The notes beneath the pieces were generated by a model, which was not told where the DNA came from, made no database searches, and saw only the letters and a program-made list of their open reading frames with translations. Position numbers and translations under genes: made by a program. Shown here one piece after another: positions 1-8,302 of a stretch of DNA of 64,000 nt. How positions within the stretch are numbered: position 1 is the first letter of the stretch; each line of letters begins with the position of its first letter. Origin of the DNA: a virus; the IMG/VR virus record IMGVR_UViG_3300035670_000119, positions 1-64,000 of that record; one strand, given 5' to 3'.

Positions 1-544
1 TCTCGTAGCCAGGGTTCTTATCAATCCTGTTGCGTAGCCAAGCGTCATCGTACCAAATGATTTTGTTATTGGGGTACGCGTAAAAGTTTCCGTTGTCCAT
101 GCGGAAGAAATGTGCACACTTGTGCTCGGGCGTTTCACTGAAGTTGGTGTTAAGAGTTGACTTTGATTCCCAAGACCAATCCAAGGTAAACATATAGACG
201 CCTTGATTGCGTTCTCCTTTGTAGTTAATTAACTCTGCACGTAAGTTGGCAAGACGTGAGCGCACCTGCACATCGATATAGGGAGAGAAGCAATCCCACC
301 ACATGCACTCGTTCAACGCAGGGACTGGCGCATCTGGTTTCCAGCACAACGCATGGATTGGGCGACGGGTCCAGTTGACGCCATTCTCCAGAAACACCTC
401 AAACAAGGGGACGCGTTTCTCTAAGGAAGCTACGGAATGTACGTCGCAAGGCGTTACGTCGCCCTGACCTTGCTTGTGATTGTATAAAAACTCGTTGCGT
501 ATATAGCAAGTGAAGGTCGGTAGGTTGTGGTTGAGATATGCCAC
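1..544 (-). CDS. conserved phage hypothetical protein (partial, runs off window edge)
   Basis: Hand-translated, not in ORF track: GTG at 544, MAYLNHNLPTFTCYIRNEFLYNHKQG...WWDCFS...HKCAHFFRMDNGNFYAYPNNKIIW, open to position 1. Confidence 0.75.
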   Translation of the reverse strand, partial: MAYLNHNLPTFTCYIRNEFLYNHKQGQGDVTPCDVHSVASLEKRVPLFEVFLENGVNWTRRPIHALCWKPDAPVPALNECMWWDCFSPYIDVQVRSRLANLRAELINYKGERNQGVYMFTLDWSWESKSTLNTNFSETPEHKCAHFFRMDNGNFYAYPNNKIIWYDDAWLRNRIDKNPGYE

Positions 545-571
545 AAAAAATCCCGGTTGTTATACCGGGAT
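545..571 (-). terminator. intrinsic terminator-like hairpin
   Basis: Minus strand ATCCCGG-tataacaa-CCGGGAT followed by a T run. Confidence 0.6.
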
Positions 572-683
572 CATAGCTTCCTTCTACGCTTTGCTGGGCA
601 CCACGTTCGTAACGTGGAAGGGGTTTCGACTATTACCCCTAGAGCTGAATTGCTCCACGTGTCAGGATATCACAACAAGGGCG

Positions 684-833
684 TTACTTTTTCTTTTTGG
701 CTGCCGCTTCTTTTTTCTTGGCAATCATTTCTTTGAACTTGTCGCGTGCTTCGGTCTGCTTAGCAGATGCGCCACCTTTCCCCTTTGGGGGCACAGCACC
801 TTTCTTCGGAGGCACGGGTTTCTTTTTTTCCAT
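684..833 (-). CDS. small Lys-rich basic protein (49 aa)
   Basis: Hand-translated MEKKKPVPPKKGAVPPKGKGG...AKKKK; TATACT box at 855-860. Confidence 0.65.
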   Translation of the reverse strand: MEKKKPVPPKKGAVPPKGKGGASAKQTEARDKFKEMIAKKKEAAAKKKK

Positions 834-866
834 GGTAAAAAGGAATCTTTGTTAAGTATAAATGAG

Positions 867-1076
867 CTACTTATCCCTGTAGCGTTTTGCTACGCGGGCT
901 GCACGTCCTGCTTTCTTTGCAGTATCTGTGTTAGGTACAAACTGTTTGCCTTTGCGGCTACCAGCTCTTTTCTTCTGATCCGTCTCTTGACGTTCTTCTT
1001 TAGACAGCGATGCCCACGCAGCCTTTGGTAGGTAACGCTTGGTATATCCCTTTTGTATAGCCTTGTCAACGGCCAT
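867..1076 (-). CDS. DUF5872-like protein, C-terminal half
   Basis: KRYLPKAAWASLS...KKRAGSRKGKQFVPNT matches the recalled C-terminal part of DUF5872. Confidence 0.7.
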   Translation of the reverse strand: MAVDKAIQKGYTKRYLPKAAWASLSKEERQETDQKKRAGSRKGKQFVPNTDTAKKAGRAARVAKRYRDK

Positions 1077-1077
1077 T

Positions 1078-1548
1078 TTAAATATGATTCCAGGTCTTTC
1101 TTTTTATAATAGCCGAAATAGTTTTGTGATCTACATTAAACATTCTTCCCAACTTTCGCATGCCATATCCTTTGTCCCCGAGTTTTCTAATCTCTAAAAT
1201 CTGATCCTCTATTAATTTAGAACTACCAACTTTGCTGCCAACTGCTGATTTCTTTTCCGAAGAATTTTCTTCTAACAGCTTCCAAATAACATTGCCCGGC
1301 TGGTAATTACCTTGATCATTAAGCCGCGAAAGAACATGACCTTCAGGCCTTTCTCCCATGTCTTCCAAAAAACATTTAAAACAACGCCACCGATCGCAAA
1401 CAGTGACTCCAATAGCGCCGTAATATCTGTAACTAACACTTGATTTTAAAAAACAACGGTCATACATTGCACGCCAACTGTTGTAAGTGACTGAACGTTT
1501 TGTTTCCCCTCGTTTACCTAAGTTATGGCCGTGAATTTTTTTGGGCAT
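1078..1548 (-). CDS. HNH homing-endonuclease-like protein with C-terminal HTH
   Basis: YNSWRAMYDRC...YYGAIGVTVCDRW...FLEDMGERP...GNYQPGNVIW, plus HTH-like tail (MRKLGRMFNVDHKTISAI). Confidence 0.8.
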   Translation of the reverse strand: MPKKIHGHNLGKRGETKRSVTYNSWRAMYDRCFLKSSVSYRYYGAIGVTVCDRWRCFKCFLEDMGERPEGHVLSRLNDQGNYQPGNVIWKLLEENSSEKKSAVGSKVGSSKLIEDQILEIRKLGDKGYGMRKLGRMFNVDHKTISAIIKRKTWNHI

Positions 1549-1825
1549 TGCGCTGCTTTGCTTTTTTGGCTACTTTAGCAGCTTTCAAACCCTTTTCGTA
1601 TTCTTCTCGAGTGCTCCAATCCTCTTTGCCCCATTTCTCCAAAGACTTTTGTTTTTCTCCCTTGCCACCTTTGTAACCACCACCAGCTTCCTTGTACTCC
1701 TGTGCGACAAGCTGGGCCTTACGCGCAGACCACTGCCCAGGCTTGCCACCTTTAGAGCCTGCCATTACACGATCTTTAATGCGTTCGCGTAACTCGGGTT
1801 TTGTGTATTTATTCTCCTGAGACAT
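1523..1825 (-). CDS. DUF5872-like protein, N-terminal half
   Basis: YTKPELRERIK...GSKGGKPGQWSARKAQL...YKEAGGGYKG signature. Confidence 0.75.
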   Translation of the reverse strand: MSQENKYTKPELRERIKDRVMAGSKGGKPGQWSARKAQLVAQEYKEAGGGYKGGKGEKQKSLEKWGKEDWSTREEYEKGLKAAKVAKKAKQRNAQKNSRP

Positions 1826-1947
1826 CAGGATTATTTTTTCTTTCTTCTATTATTTTAGCCCACTTACATGGTTTGGCATTCAGCTCCCAGTCCTTTGGTG
1901 GATTGGGAAACATAACACGTAATTGATAAAAGTATTTTGCGAGGCGT

Positions 1948-2160
1948 TCAGCCTCGGTAGGGATTCTGCTTCTCTTCATCCTTGCTAATAAACTGCGACA
2001 TGAGATCGTCTACCTGTTCCAAGGATTCAAGGCGGCAGAGAATGTCGGAGATAGTTGAGATAGTAATCGGATGTTCTGCGCGAGCAGCAAAAGCTAATGC
2101 ATCGCGCATATTGTTGGCGGCATCGTTAATTGCAGCCTTAACTTGAGCAGAGAGAGCCAT
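1948..2160 (-). CDS. cyanophage hypothetical protein
   Basis: MALSAQVKAAINDAANNMRDALAFAARAE; internal ATG of ORF 1948..2310 preferred. Confidence 0.65.
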   Translation of the reverse strand: MALSAQVKAAINDAANNMRDALAFAARAEHPITISTISDILCRLESLEQVDDLMSQFISKDEEKQNPYRG

Positions 2161-2257
2161 TTCGGAGGGGCGCGGTTTCCTTACTATAGTAAACATGCGT
2201 AGCCAAATGTCTATATCTATTGTGTTATATGTGTGATAACAACGCAAGTACGGATAA

Positions 2258-2845
2258 CTACAACCAGATCCAGCCAATTTGGTATTGATCAAACCAAGGT
2301 TCAATGCCAATTGATTCCATCAGCTCATAGATAAGGCGTCCCTTGCCGTAGCGTTGGCCATTTGGAGCCTTGATGTTGTCGTCTACTACGATCAACGTGT
2401 TGTTGCGCAGGAATTCTTTGGCACAAAACAACTCTTTAAGATGATGGGCAGCGGGGGCCCAATCGTTTCGCCAATCAGTAATGTTGTACGAATCTAGGTA
2501 CAGCACAGCAAGATCTTCAAGTGCGGTAAATGTTTCCAGGAATTCGACAGAGTCTGCTTCATAGACCTCCGCATGTTTTGTACTTGCAGTAGCAAGTTCA
2601 CAAGCGGCGGGATCAATATCGACCGATACCAGGCGTCCGGTCTTCCTGATATCAATGTAGTTATCAAATAAAAGAGTCGAGCAACCGTCACCTGTGTAGT
2701 TGTTTTCTTCTCGATATGTCCCTGTTTCAATGATCAACGGATCTTCAAACTCATCTAGGTGCTCAAAGATCTTCTCAAATGTTGCTGCACGGGCGCCAAG
2801 AGAAGGCTTGACAGTTGCAAAGTAATCTTCCCAAGTATGTGCCAT
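2258..2845 (-). CDS. class I SAM-dependent methyltransferase (Methyltransf_24-like)
   Basis: IIETGT, LVSVDID, DSVEFL, LYLDS and IVVDD motifs. Confidence 0.75.
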   Translation of the reverse strand: MAHTWEDYFATVKPSLGARAATFEKIFEHLDEFEDPLIIETGTYREENNYTGDGCSTLLFDNYIDIRKTGRLVSVDIDPAACELATASTKHAEVYEADSVEFLETFTALEDLAVLYLDSYNITDWRNDWAPAAHHLKELFCAKEFLRNNTLIVVDDNIKAPNGQRYGKGRLIYELMESIGIEPWFDQYQIGWIWL

Positions 2846-2846
2846 G

Positions 2847-3008
2847 CTAGAAATCAACCCTTGTGTATGCAATCTCTTGGGATTTTAAATCATTTTCGTA
2901 CTGCTCTGCTTCAATTGTTTCTACATCAACGAAAGAAAGTCCTTCGAAACAGCCTGTACGGCAGTCTTCGTCAAACTCAAAATAAAATCTCGTTAAGTTT
3001 GATGTCAT
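2847..3008 (-). CDS. hypothetical acidic protein
   Basis: MTSNLTRFYFEFDEDC..., tightly packed between neighbours. Confidence 0.55.
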   Translation of the reverse strand: MTSNLTRFYFEFDEDCRTGCFEGLSFVDVETIEAEQYENDLKSQEIAYTRVDF

Positions 3009-3219
3009 GGGTTGCGCACCAAATAAAGATGAAGGTAAGGGTAAGCATGGCAATGCGGCCGTTAACGCGCTCGGCATACCAAATGTGATCATCAAAGTTT
3101 GTGTGTCGTTTCCAAAACTTAAGGTCGGGTGCTTCTTCCCAGATAAATTTTAGGAGGGCTGCTGGAACCCAGGAAACACACGACCAATAGCCTTGGATTC
3201 CAAGCCAGAACTTGTTCAT
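2977..3219 (-). CDS. hli: high-light-inducible protein (HLIP, chlorophyll a/b-binding motif)
   Basis: AERVNGRIAML = ExxNGRxAM motif followed by a hydrophobic helix. Confidence 0.75.
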   Translation of the reverse strand: MNKFWLGIQGYWSCVSWVPAALLKFIWEEAPDLKFWKRHTNFDDHIWYAERVNGRIAMLTLTFIFIWCATHDIKLNEILF

Positions 3220-3320
3220 TGGCGTGAAAGGACTTCTGTAAAGAACAGGTAGGCATCCATGCTAATCACGACGAGCATAGCCCCAAGGATTGAGGCAATT
3301 GCGTAGTTGAATCCGTCCAT
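3216..3320 (-). CDS. small membrane peptide (34 aa)
   Basis: Hand-translated MDGFNYAIASILGAMLVVISMDAYLFFTEVLSRQ; stop overlaps hli start (ATGA). Confidence 0.5.
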   Translation of the reverse strand: MDGFNYAIASILGAMLVVISMDAYLFFTEVLSRQ

Positions 3321-3371
3321 ACCAACTGGTTGATTTATATGTTAAGTTAGCAGCAATATACAAAACCGTCG

Positions 3372-4226
3372 ATGGTTGCTAAAATAAATACATCCGATCC
3401 TTGGATCAAGGCCAAGGACGAGCAACCAGAAGTTATGCGGTCACTCAATAGGACCGCAGCCAGAATTACGCTTAACGGTAAGAGGCACTATACAACACCG
3501 TTACCCACTGGACCTGCGCCGTCTGTAACTACTATTATTAGTGAGACAGCTTCCGAAGCAAACAAACGGAAGCTCGAAATGTGGTCTAAAAACAACCCAG
3601 GTGTTAAAGAGGCTGCTGCCGAAAGGGGTACCGCCATCCACTATGGTATGGAGCAGTACCTTAAGGGGAATAAAAATCCGGAAATCAAAGATGAATATGC
3701 GGACTTTTGGGCGGGTATGCCAGGGATTCTTGATCAATTTCAGGAGGTTCTCTGGGCGGAATCCCCTGTACTGGAACGTTTTAATTTTACTGTTGGTTCT
3801 GATGATGTGGCTCGCGTCTGGGGTTGCGATTCAGAAGGCCGTGCTTGGGCTGGCGCTCCTGACATTATTGCTGTTGCCAATAACAAGCTGACGCTTGCCG
3901 ACCTGAAGACCAGTGTCAAACCCTATAGCCGCAAGTGGCCTAAAGACTTGGAGAAGGGCTCCCAAGAGTGGAGGGATCTGCTCGGCGGTCACCTCAAGTT
4001 CAAAAAAACATGTAAACAACTAGCAGCATACGATATCGCTATTGAACAGACGTTGGGAATGACGGTACAACAGGCAGCAATCCTAGTTTCAACTCCCGTG
4101 CGCACTCAAGTGTTTAAGATATCCCGTCATTTTTTAGACTCATTGCGAGAAGACTGGTACGCACTGGTCGCTGAATACTATACTCAAATCGAAAACTGTG
4201 GTGTTTATGACCCAGATCTTATCTAA
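3372..4226 (+). CDS. PD-(D/E)xK exonuclease
   Basis: PSVTTII, RGTAIH, GAPDII, ADLKTS and QLAAY motifs. Confidence 0.85.
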   Translation: MVAKINTSDPWIKAKDEQPEVMRSLNRTAARITLNGKRHYTTPLPTGPAPSVTTIISETASEANKRKLEMWSKNNPGVKEAAAERGTAIHYGMEQYLKGNKNPEIKDEYADFWAGMPGILDQFQEVLWAESPVLERFNFTVGSDDVARVWGCDSEGRAWAGAPDIIAVANNKLTLADLKTSVKPYSRKWPKDLEKGSQEWRDLLGGHLKFKKTCKQLAAYDIAIEQTLGMTVQQAAILVSTPVRTQVFKISRHFLDSLREDWYALVAEYYTQIENCGVYDPDLI

Positions 4227-4659
4227 ACTTTGCATACGCTGTAAAAACAACAAAACCCTGGAAAGCTTTGGTTTTTCAGGGTATGTCAAAAAAACTGGCG
4301 AAAAAAGCCGCTGCACTTATTGCCGTGATTGTCAAAATGAACTAAGAGTTGAAAGGAAATTTGGAGTTTCTTATCGTGAGTATCAAAAAATACTAGAAGC
4401 TCAAGGAGGTTGCTGTGGTAACCCTAACTGTAAAACAAAAAAACCTGGAGCCCCTGGGCGTAAACGATTTTATATTGATCATTGCCATGTTACGGGAAAA
4501 ATAAGGGGACTACTGTGTCATTCTTGTAACCTTGCTCTTGGTCATGTTCAAGATGACGTTAAAAAACTAAAAGGTTTAATTGAGTATTTAAATGATGAAT
4601 CAATTAATTGGGGATATGTTAAAAGCTATCATCAAGTGGTGGAAGAAGACGTGGTTTGA
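4207..4659 (+). CDS. recombination endonuclease VII-like HNH nuclease
   Basis: CxxC pairs; QGGCC...IDHCHVTGKIRGLLCHSCNLALG; overlaps both neighbours. Confidence 0.85.
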   Translation: MTQILSKLCIRCKNNKTLESFGFSGYVKKTGEKSRCTYCRDCQNELRVERKFGVSYREYQKILEAQGGCCGNPNCKTKKPGAPGRKRFYIDHCHVTGKIRGLLCHSCNLALGHVQDDVKKLKGLIEYLNDESINWGYVKSYHQVVEEDVV

Positions 4660-4903
4660 AGCCAAGCTCAAAGCGCGGCTCACCATGATCGAATGGGAAA
4701 ATCAATGGGAAGCTCAACGGGAGCTTGAGGAACAGAATAAGCCGATCTATATTGAACATGAAATAAATCCGGAACTCCAGACAGGTGAGTCCAGGAAACT
4801 GGGCGGAGCCATGGAGCTACGTGCGCCTTGGTACAATGACCCCATACAACCCCAACGGCAAGATGGAGTGCAGGAAGCGCCTGGCATGGACGATCGCCTG
4901 TGA
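4592..4903 (+). CDS. hypothetical protein
   Basis: ORF in a packed plus-strand operon; start uncertain. Confidence 0.55.
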   Translation: MMNQLIGDMLKAIIKWWKKTWFEAKLKARLTMIEWENQWEAQRELEEQNKPIYIEHEINPELQTGESRKLGGAMELRAPWYNDPIQPQRQDGVQEAPGMDDRL

Positions 4904-5027
4904 GCAAGCTGTCGTCACAAAAGAAGACGCTATCGCTCTCTACAACAAAATTATGAAAGATTTCGAGGCAACTGATAAGAGAAATAAATACAGAGAACGC
5001 GAGTCCAATAAGACTCAACAATCTTAA
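4836..5027 (+). CDS. hypothetical protein
   Basis: MTPYNPNGKMECRKRLAWTIACE. Confidence 0.5.
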   Translation: MTPYNPNGKMECRKRLAWTIACEQAVVTKEDAIALYNKIMKDFEATDKRNKYRERESNKTQQS

Positions 5028-5093
5028 GTTTTGGTCGATGGATGGCATGGGTTGGGGACCGTAGGATAAGAAAACAACCCAGCCTCCCTCCTC

Positions 5094-5282
5094 ATGGACA
5101 TTACTGTCGGCATGGGTGAGTGGATGAATAGTCTCATGAGTCGCATGACAAGTGCGGCAGATGGGGACTGTTTTTATCTGCCCACACTCATGCACCTCCA
5201 TGCTTACAACTTGCTAAAGGAGAGCTGTTTCCCAGATAAAAACTTTAAAGTAGCCGTAGAAAAGACTGTTTTAAGCAAATGA
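5094..5282 (+). CDS. hypothetical protein
   Basis: Stop overlaps primase start; TAGGAT box upstream. Confidence 0.6.
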   Translation: MDITVGMGEWMNSLMSRMTSAADGDCFYLPTLMHLHAYNLLKESCFPDKNFKVAVEKTVLSK

Positions 5283-7921
5283 CGCAAAAGCAATACGCTG
5301 TTAAGCCAGGTGAAATTCGCCTTGATCTTCTCCCTATTGACTGGCCCTTCACACCATTAGGCGGTAAAAAAGATCCGTATGTCATTGGCTGGCAAAAGAA
5401 ACCTTTTAGTGCCGATGAGATCGAAAAAGAAATTCTGTCAGGTGACTGCAAGGCGGTTGGTCTCCATGGGGGTCCTGTCTTCAATCATCCCTATGGTTTG
5501 GTTTGGGTTGATGTGGATGGAGCAAGCATCTACAAACTTGTGGAAGAAATCTCTGGTCTTCCGTTCAACAATGCACTTCCTCCAACTCTCACCATTCTGA
5601 GTGGTAAACCCGGACGCGAACGCAAGCTATATCGTGTTGAAAAGAAAAAACACGATGCTTTCCTGCGTAATAAGTACGTTTGGCATAGTAAGGAAGTAGC
5701 CGAAGAAAAACTTGAAATCCTTTGGAAGCGGCACCAAGGGGTATTGATGGGTCTACATCCAGAGACTAAAGGTTACTTCACCGCAGAAGGTCAGGGTTTC
5801 GAGTGGGTTAATCGTCTACCAGAGATGCCAGCTTGGTTGCTGAATGGCATCATCAATAAAAACGTACAGCAAGGTAAACCGCCACAAGAAATTACGCGGC
5901 GGGTAACAGCAGGCAGTGTTGTCCAATCAATAACTGGACAAGAACGGGAAATCCAAAACGCAAAGGAAGCGGCTTGGGCATTACCTCCTGAAGCTGCAGA
6001 CGACTACGATCTTTGGATCATTGTTGGACAGACGCTTCATTCAGTTGATGAATCGCTACTGGATGAGTGGGATGCTTGGTCCAGGCAATCGGAAAAGTAT
6101 CAAGAGGGTGAGTGTCACAGGCGTTGGCTTTCCTTTACGAAGGGTGGTGGCCGCACGGCTGGGACTCTTTTCCACATGGCAAAGGAGAATGGTTGGTCTC
6201 CTTCTCAGGACTATCGTGCGTTTGGTGTTGATGATGAGACACTGGAGCATGTTTCAAAACTGGTTGAACAAATTGACGAGGATTTAAAACAAATGGCATC
6301 TGTTCCAGCGGCGGTTGAGAAAGATAAAGCTGAGGCTTGGAGTAATACGCACCAAATGCTGGCGCAGAAAACAAGCAAGAAAAAAGAAGAAAAGGAAGAT
6401 AAGCGGCTTTCATCGGATGTGATTGCGGATCGTGTGTTCGACATGTATACCGGCAATCTCCGGTACAGTCAACCTCATGGTCAGTTTTTCTTATATGACC
6501 AGCGGAAAGGATTATGGGAGCCTTTGACCAAGGTTGAGATGCTTGGGAGCTTGCGAGAAAAACTCAAAACCCTTGTCACCATAGAAAACGACAAGTTCAA
6601 AGGGTTCAGCACGAACCTTATGAATGACATCTACTCGCAACTGCAATCTATCATTCCTTTTGATGAGTGGTACGACGGCTCCAGGTATCTGCTGTTTACC
6701 AATGGGGTCTTGGATGTTGAGACCAAGGAGCTGATGGATTTCCGCCGGGATCTTTATCTGACGCAGCAAATGCCCTACGACTATGATCCTGCTGCTACAT
6801 GTGAAGAAATTGTTAAGTGGCTGAAGCACACGCAGCATGACAGCTACCAGCGGGCACAGGTTCTTCGTGCCTGGCTGAGGGCAACACTACTCGGTCGCCA
6901 TGAAATTCAGAAGTTTGTTGAAATCGTGGGACCCGGTAAGTCTGGTAAATCAACCTATGCAAACCTTGCTGTTGCACTGGTTGGTAAGCAGAATACTTAC
7001 TCAACGGACTTTGAAAACCTGGAGAAGAACCGTTTTGAGGCGGCAAGTTACATGGGTAAGAAGCTGCTTCTCTTCCAGGATGCAGATCGATGGGGTGGTT
7101 CTGTCTCCAAACTGAAAGCAATCACGGGTGGTGACTGGATTCGCTCGGAACGTAAGTATCAAACTGAAAGTCAAGATCCATTCCAGTACCACGGAATGGT
7201 CATGATTACAGCTAATGAAGCTATCCAGTCTACCGACTACACATCTGGTCTTGCCCGTCGCCGTCTGACTATTCCCTTTGATCGTCCCTTTGCCGGTGGC
7301 CAAGCAGAACAAAAGGAACTAATTAAGTTCGACAACAAAGGTAACCCGCAAGGTGTCTTTGCTCCTCTTCTGGCTGGTCTCGTCAACTGGTTACTGGATA
7401 TGACAGAGGAGGACATGCGTTCCTATCTCATGGAAACTGGTAAGAATGTCTCGTTCTTCCAGCGGTATGAGAAGACGCAAAGCCTGCGCTCTAATCCACT
7501 ACTGGACTGGATGGACCATAAAGTTGTCTTTGATCCGAACGTCAGCTCTCCCGTTGGCTTCTGTAAGGTGCAACCGGGCGGTGGTTCCGGTTACTACGAC
7601 AACTGGGACAAATGGTTGTACGCAAGCTATGCAGAATTCTGCCGCAGCTGCAATGTCGGCATCATGTCGCGTGGTCGTTTTGAACCCCTATTCCTGGACA
7701 TCTGTCGCCACCAGCTAAAGATCAATGTCTACGGCGTTAAGAACAGTAAGGGACTGCGCATCATCAATGCTGTTGTCCGTGACTCAAATAAAACGCAGTA
7801 TGAAAACTATCCCTCCATTGTTGAGGTCGCGGCTAATCCTGAAAAATACAGCGAATTCTATGGGGCCTGCTTATCAACAACTACCGATGAGATAATGGAT
7901 GAAAATGCAACAGACATGTGA
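5279..7921 (+). CDS. primase-helicase (prim-pol + PriCT-2 + D5_N + SF3 helicase, P4/D5 family)
   Basis: N-terminal VDVDG; PriCT-2 (DYDLWIIVGQTLH...WDAWS...RWLSF); FTNGVLD; Walker A GPGKSGKST; LKAITGGD; ITANE. Confidence 0.9.
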   Translation: MTQKQYAVKPGEIRLDLLPIDWPFTPLGGKKDPYVIGWQKKPFSADEIEKEILSGDCKAVGLHGGPVFNHPYGLVWVDVDGASIYKLVEEISGLPFNNALPPTLTILSGKPGRERKLYRVEKKKHDAFLRNKYVWHSKEVAEEKLEILWKRHQGVLMGLHPETKGYFTAEGQGFEWVNRLPEMPAWLLNGIINKNVQQGKPPQEITRRVTAGSVVQSITGQEREIQNAKEAAWALPPEAADDYDLWIIVGQTLHSVDESLLDEWDAWSRQSEKYQEGECHRRWLSFTKGGGRTAGTLFHMAKENGWSPSQDYRAFGVDDETLEHVSKLVEQIDEDLKQMASVPAAVEKDKAEAWSNTHQMLAQKTSKKKEEKEDKRLSSDVIADRVFDMYTGNLRYSQPHGQFFLYDQRKGLWEPLTKVEMLGSLREKLKTLVTIENDKFKGFSTNLMNDIYSQLQSIIPFDEWYDGSRYLLFTNGVLDVETKELMDFRRDLYLTQQMPYDYDPAATCEEIVKWLKHTQHDSYQRAQVLRAWLRATLLGRHEIQKFVEIVGPGKSGKSTYANLAVALVGKQNTYSTDFENLEKNRFEAASYMGKKLLLFQDADRWGGSVSKLKAITGGDWIRSERKYQTESQDPFQYHGMVMITANEAIQSTDYTSGLARRRLTIPFDRPFAGGQAEQKELIKFDNKGNPQGVFAPLLAGLVNWLLDMTEEDMRSYLMETGKNVSFFQRYEKTQSLRSNPLLDWMDHKVVFDPNVSSPVGFCKVQPGGGSGYYDNWDKWLYASYAEFCRSCNVGIMSRGRFEPLFLDICRHQLKINVYGVKNSKGLRIINAVVRDSNKTQYENYPSIVEVAANPEKYSEFYGACLSTTTDEIMDENATDM

Positions 7922-8277
7922 GCAACGGACGCCATCTCATCTTGGATCTCTATGACTGTAATCCAGAGATCCTTAATGATTATGAGGAGCTTCAGCGATT
8001 GCTAGAGGCTTCTCTTGTGATGGCGAAAGCTACAATCTTGCGCATTATTGGTGAAAAATTTGAGCCACAAGGCGTGACACTATTGGCATTACTGGCCGAA
8101 TCCCATGCATCCATTCACACCTGGCCTGAGATTGGATACTGTGCAATTGATCTCTATACCTGTGGCGACACTACGCAGACACACAAAGCTGCAGAGTTTC
8201 TTAAAAAGAAACTGAACGCTAAAACATCAGAAGAAAGAGAGTTGACACGTTCAATAACTCCTCTTGTTTCGGTATAG
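7918..8277 (+). CDS. speD: S-adenosylmethionine decarboxylase proenzyme
   Basis: GRHLILDLYDC...FEPQGVT...LAESHASIHTWPE...DLYTCG, with the E-S self-cleavage site. Confidence 0.95.
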   Translation: MSNGRHLILDLYDCNPEILNDYEELQRLLEASLVMAKATILRIIGEKFEPQGVTLLALLAESHASIHTWPEIGYCAIDLYTCGDTTQTHKAAEFLKKKLNAKTSEERELTRSITPLVSV

Positions 8278-8302
8278 TTAATCGGAAGGTACCCGATTAT
8301 CC

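Noticed and set aside
600-665. tRNA, tmRNA or hammerhead (GGTTTCGACT; GAAAC)
   Set aside because: No cloverleaf or CCA, and no CUGANGA core
510-1031. 173-aa plus-strand ORF
   Set aside because: Antisense shadow of Lys-rich minus-strand genes (Phe/Leu-rich artefact)
1076-1548. Group I intron or intein around the HNH gene
   Set aside because: No non-coding flanks for a ribozyme core; the ORFs are separate, with no intein termini
3372-4226. Cas4/CRISPR system
   Set aside because: No array, no other cas genes and no Fe-S cysteine pattern; ordinary phage exonuclease
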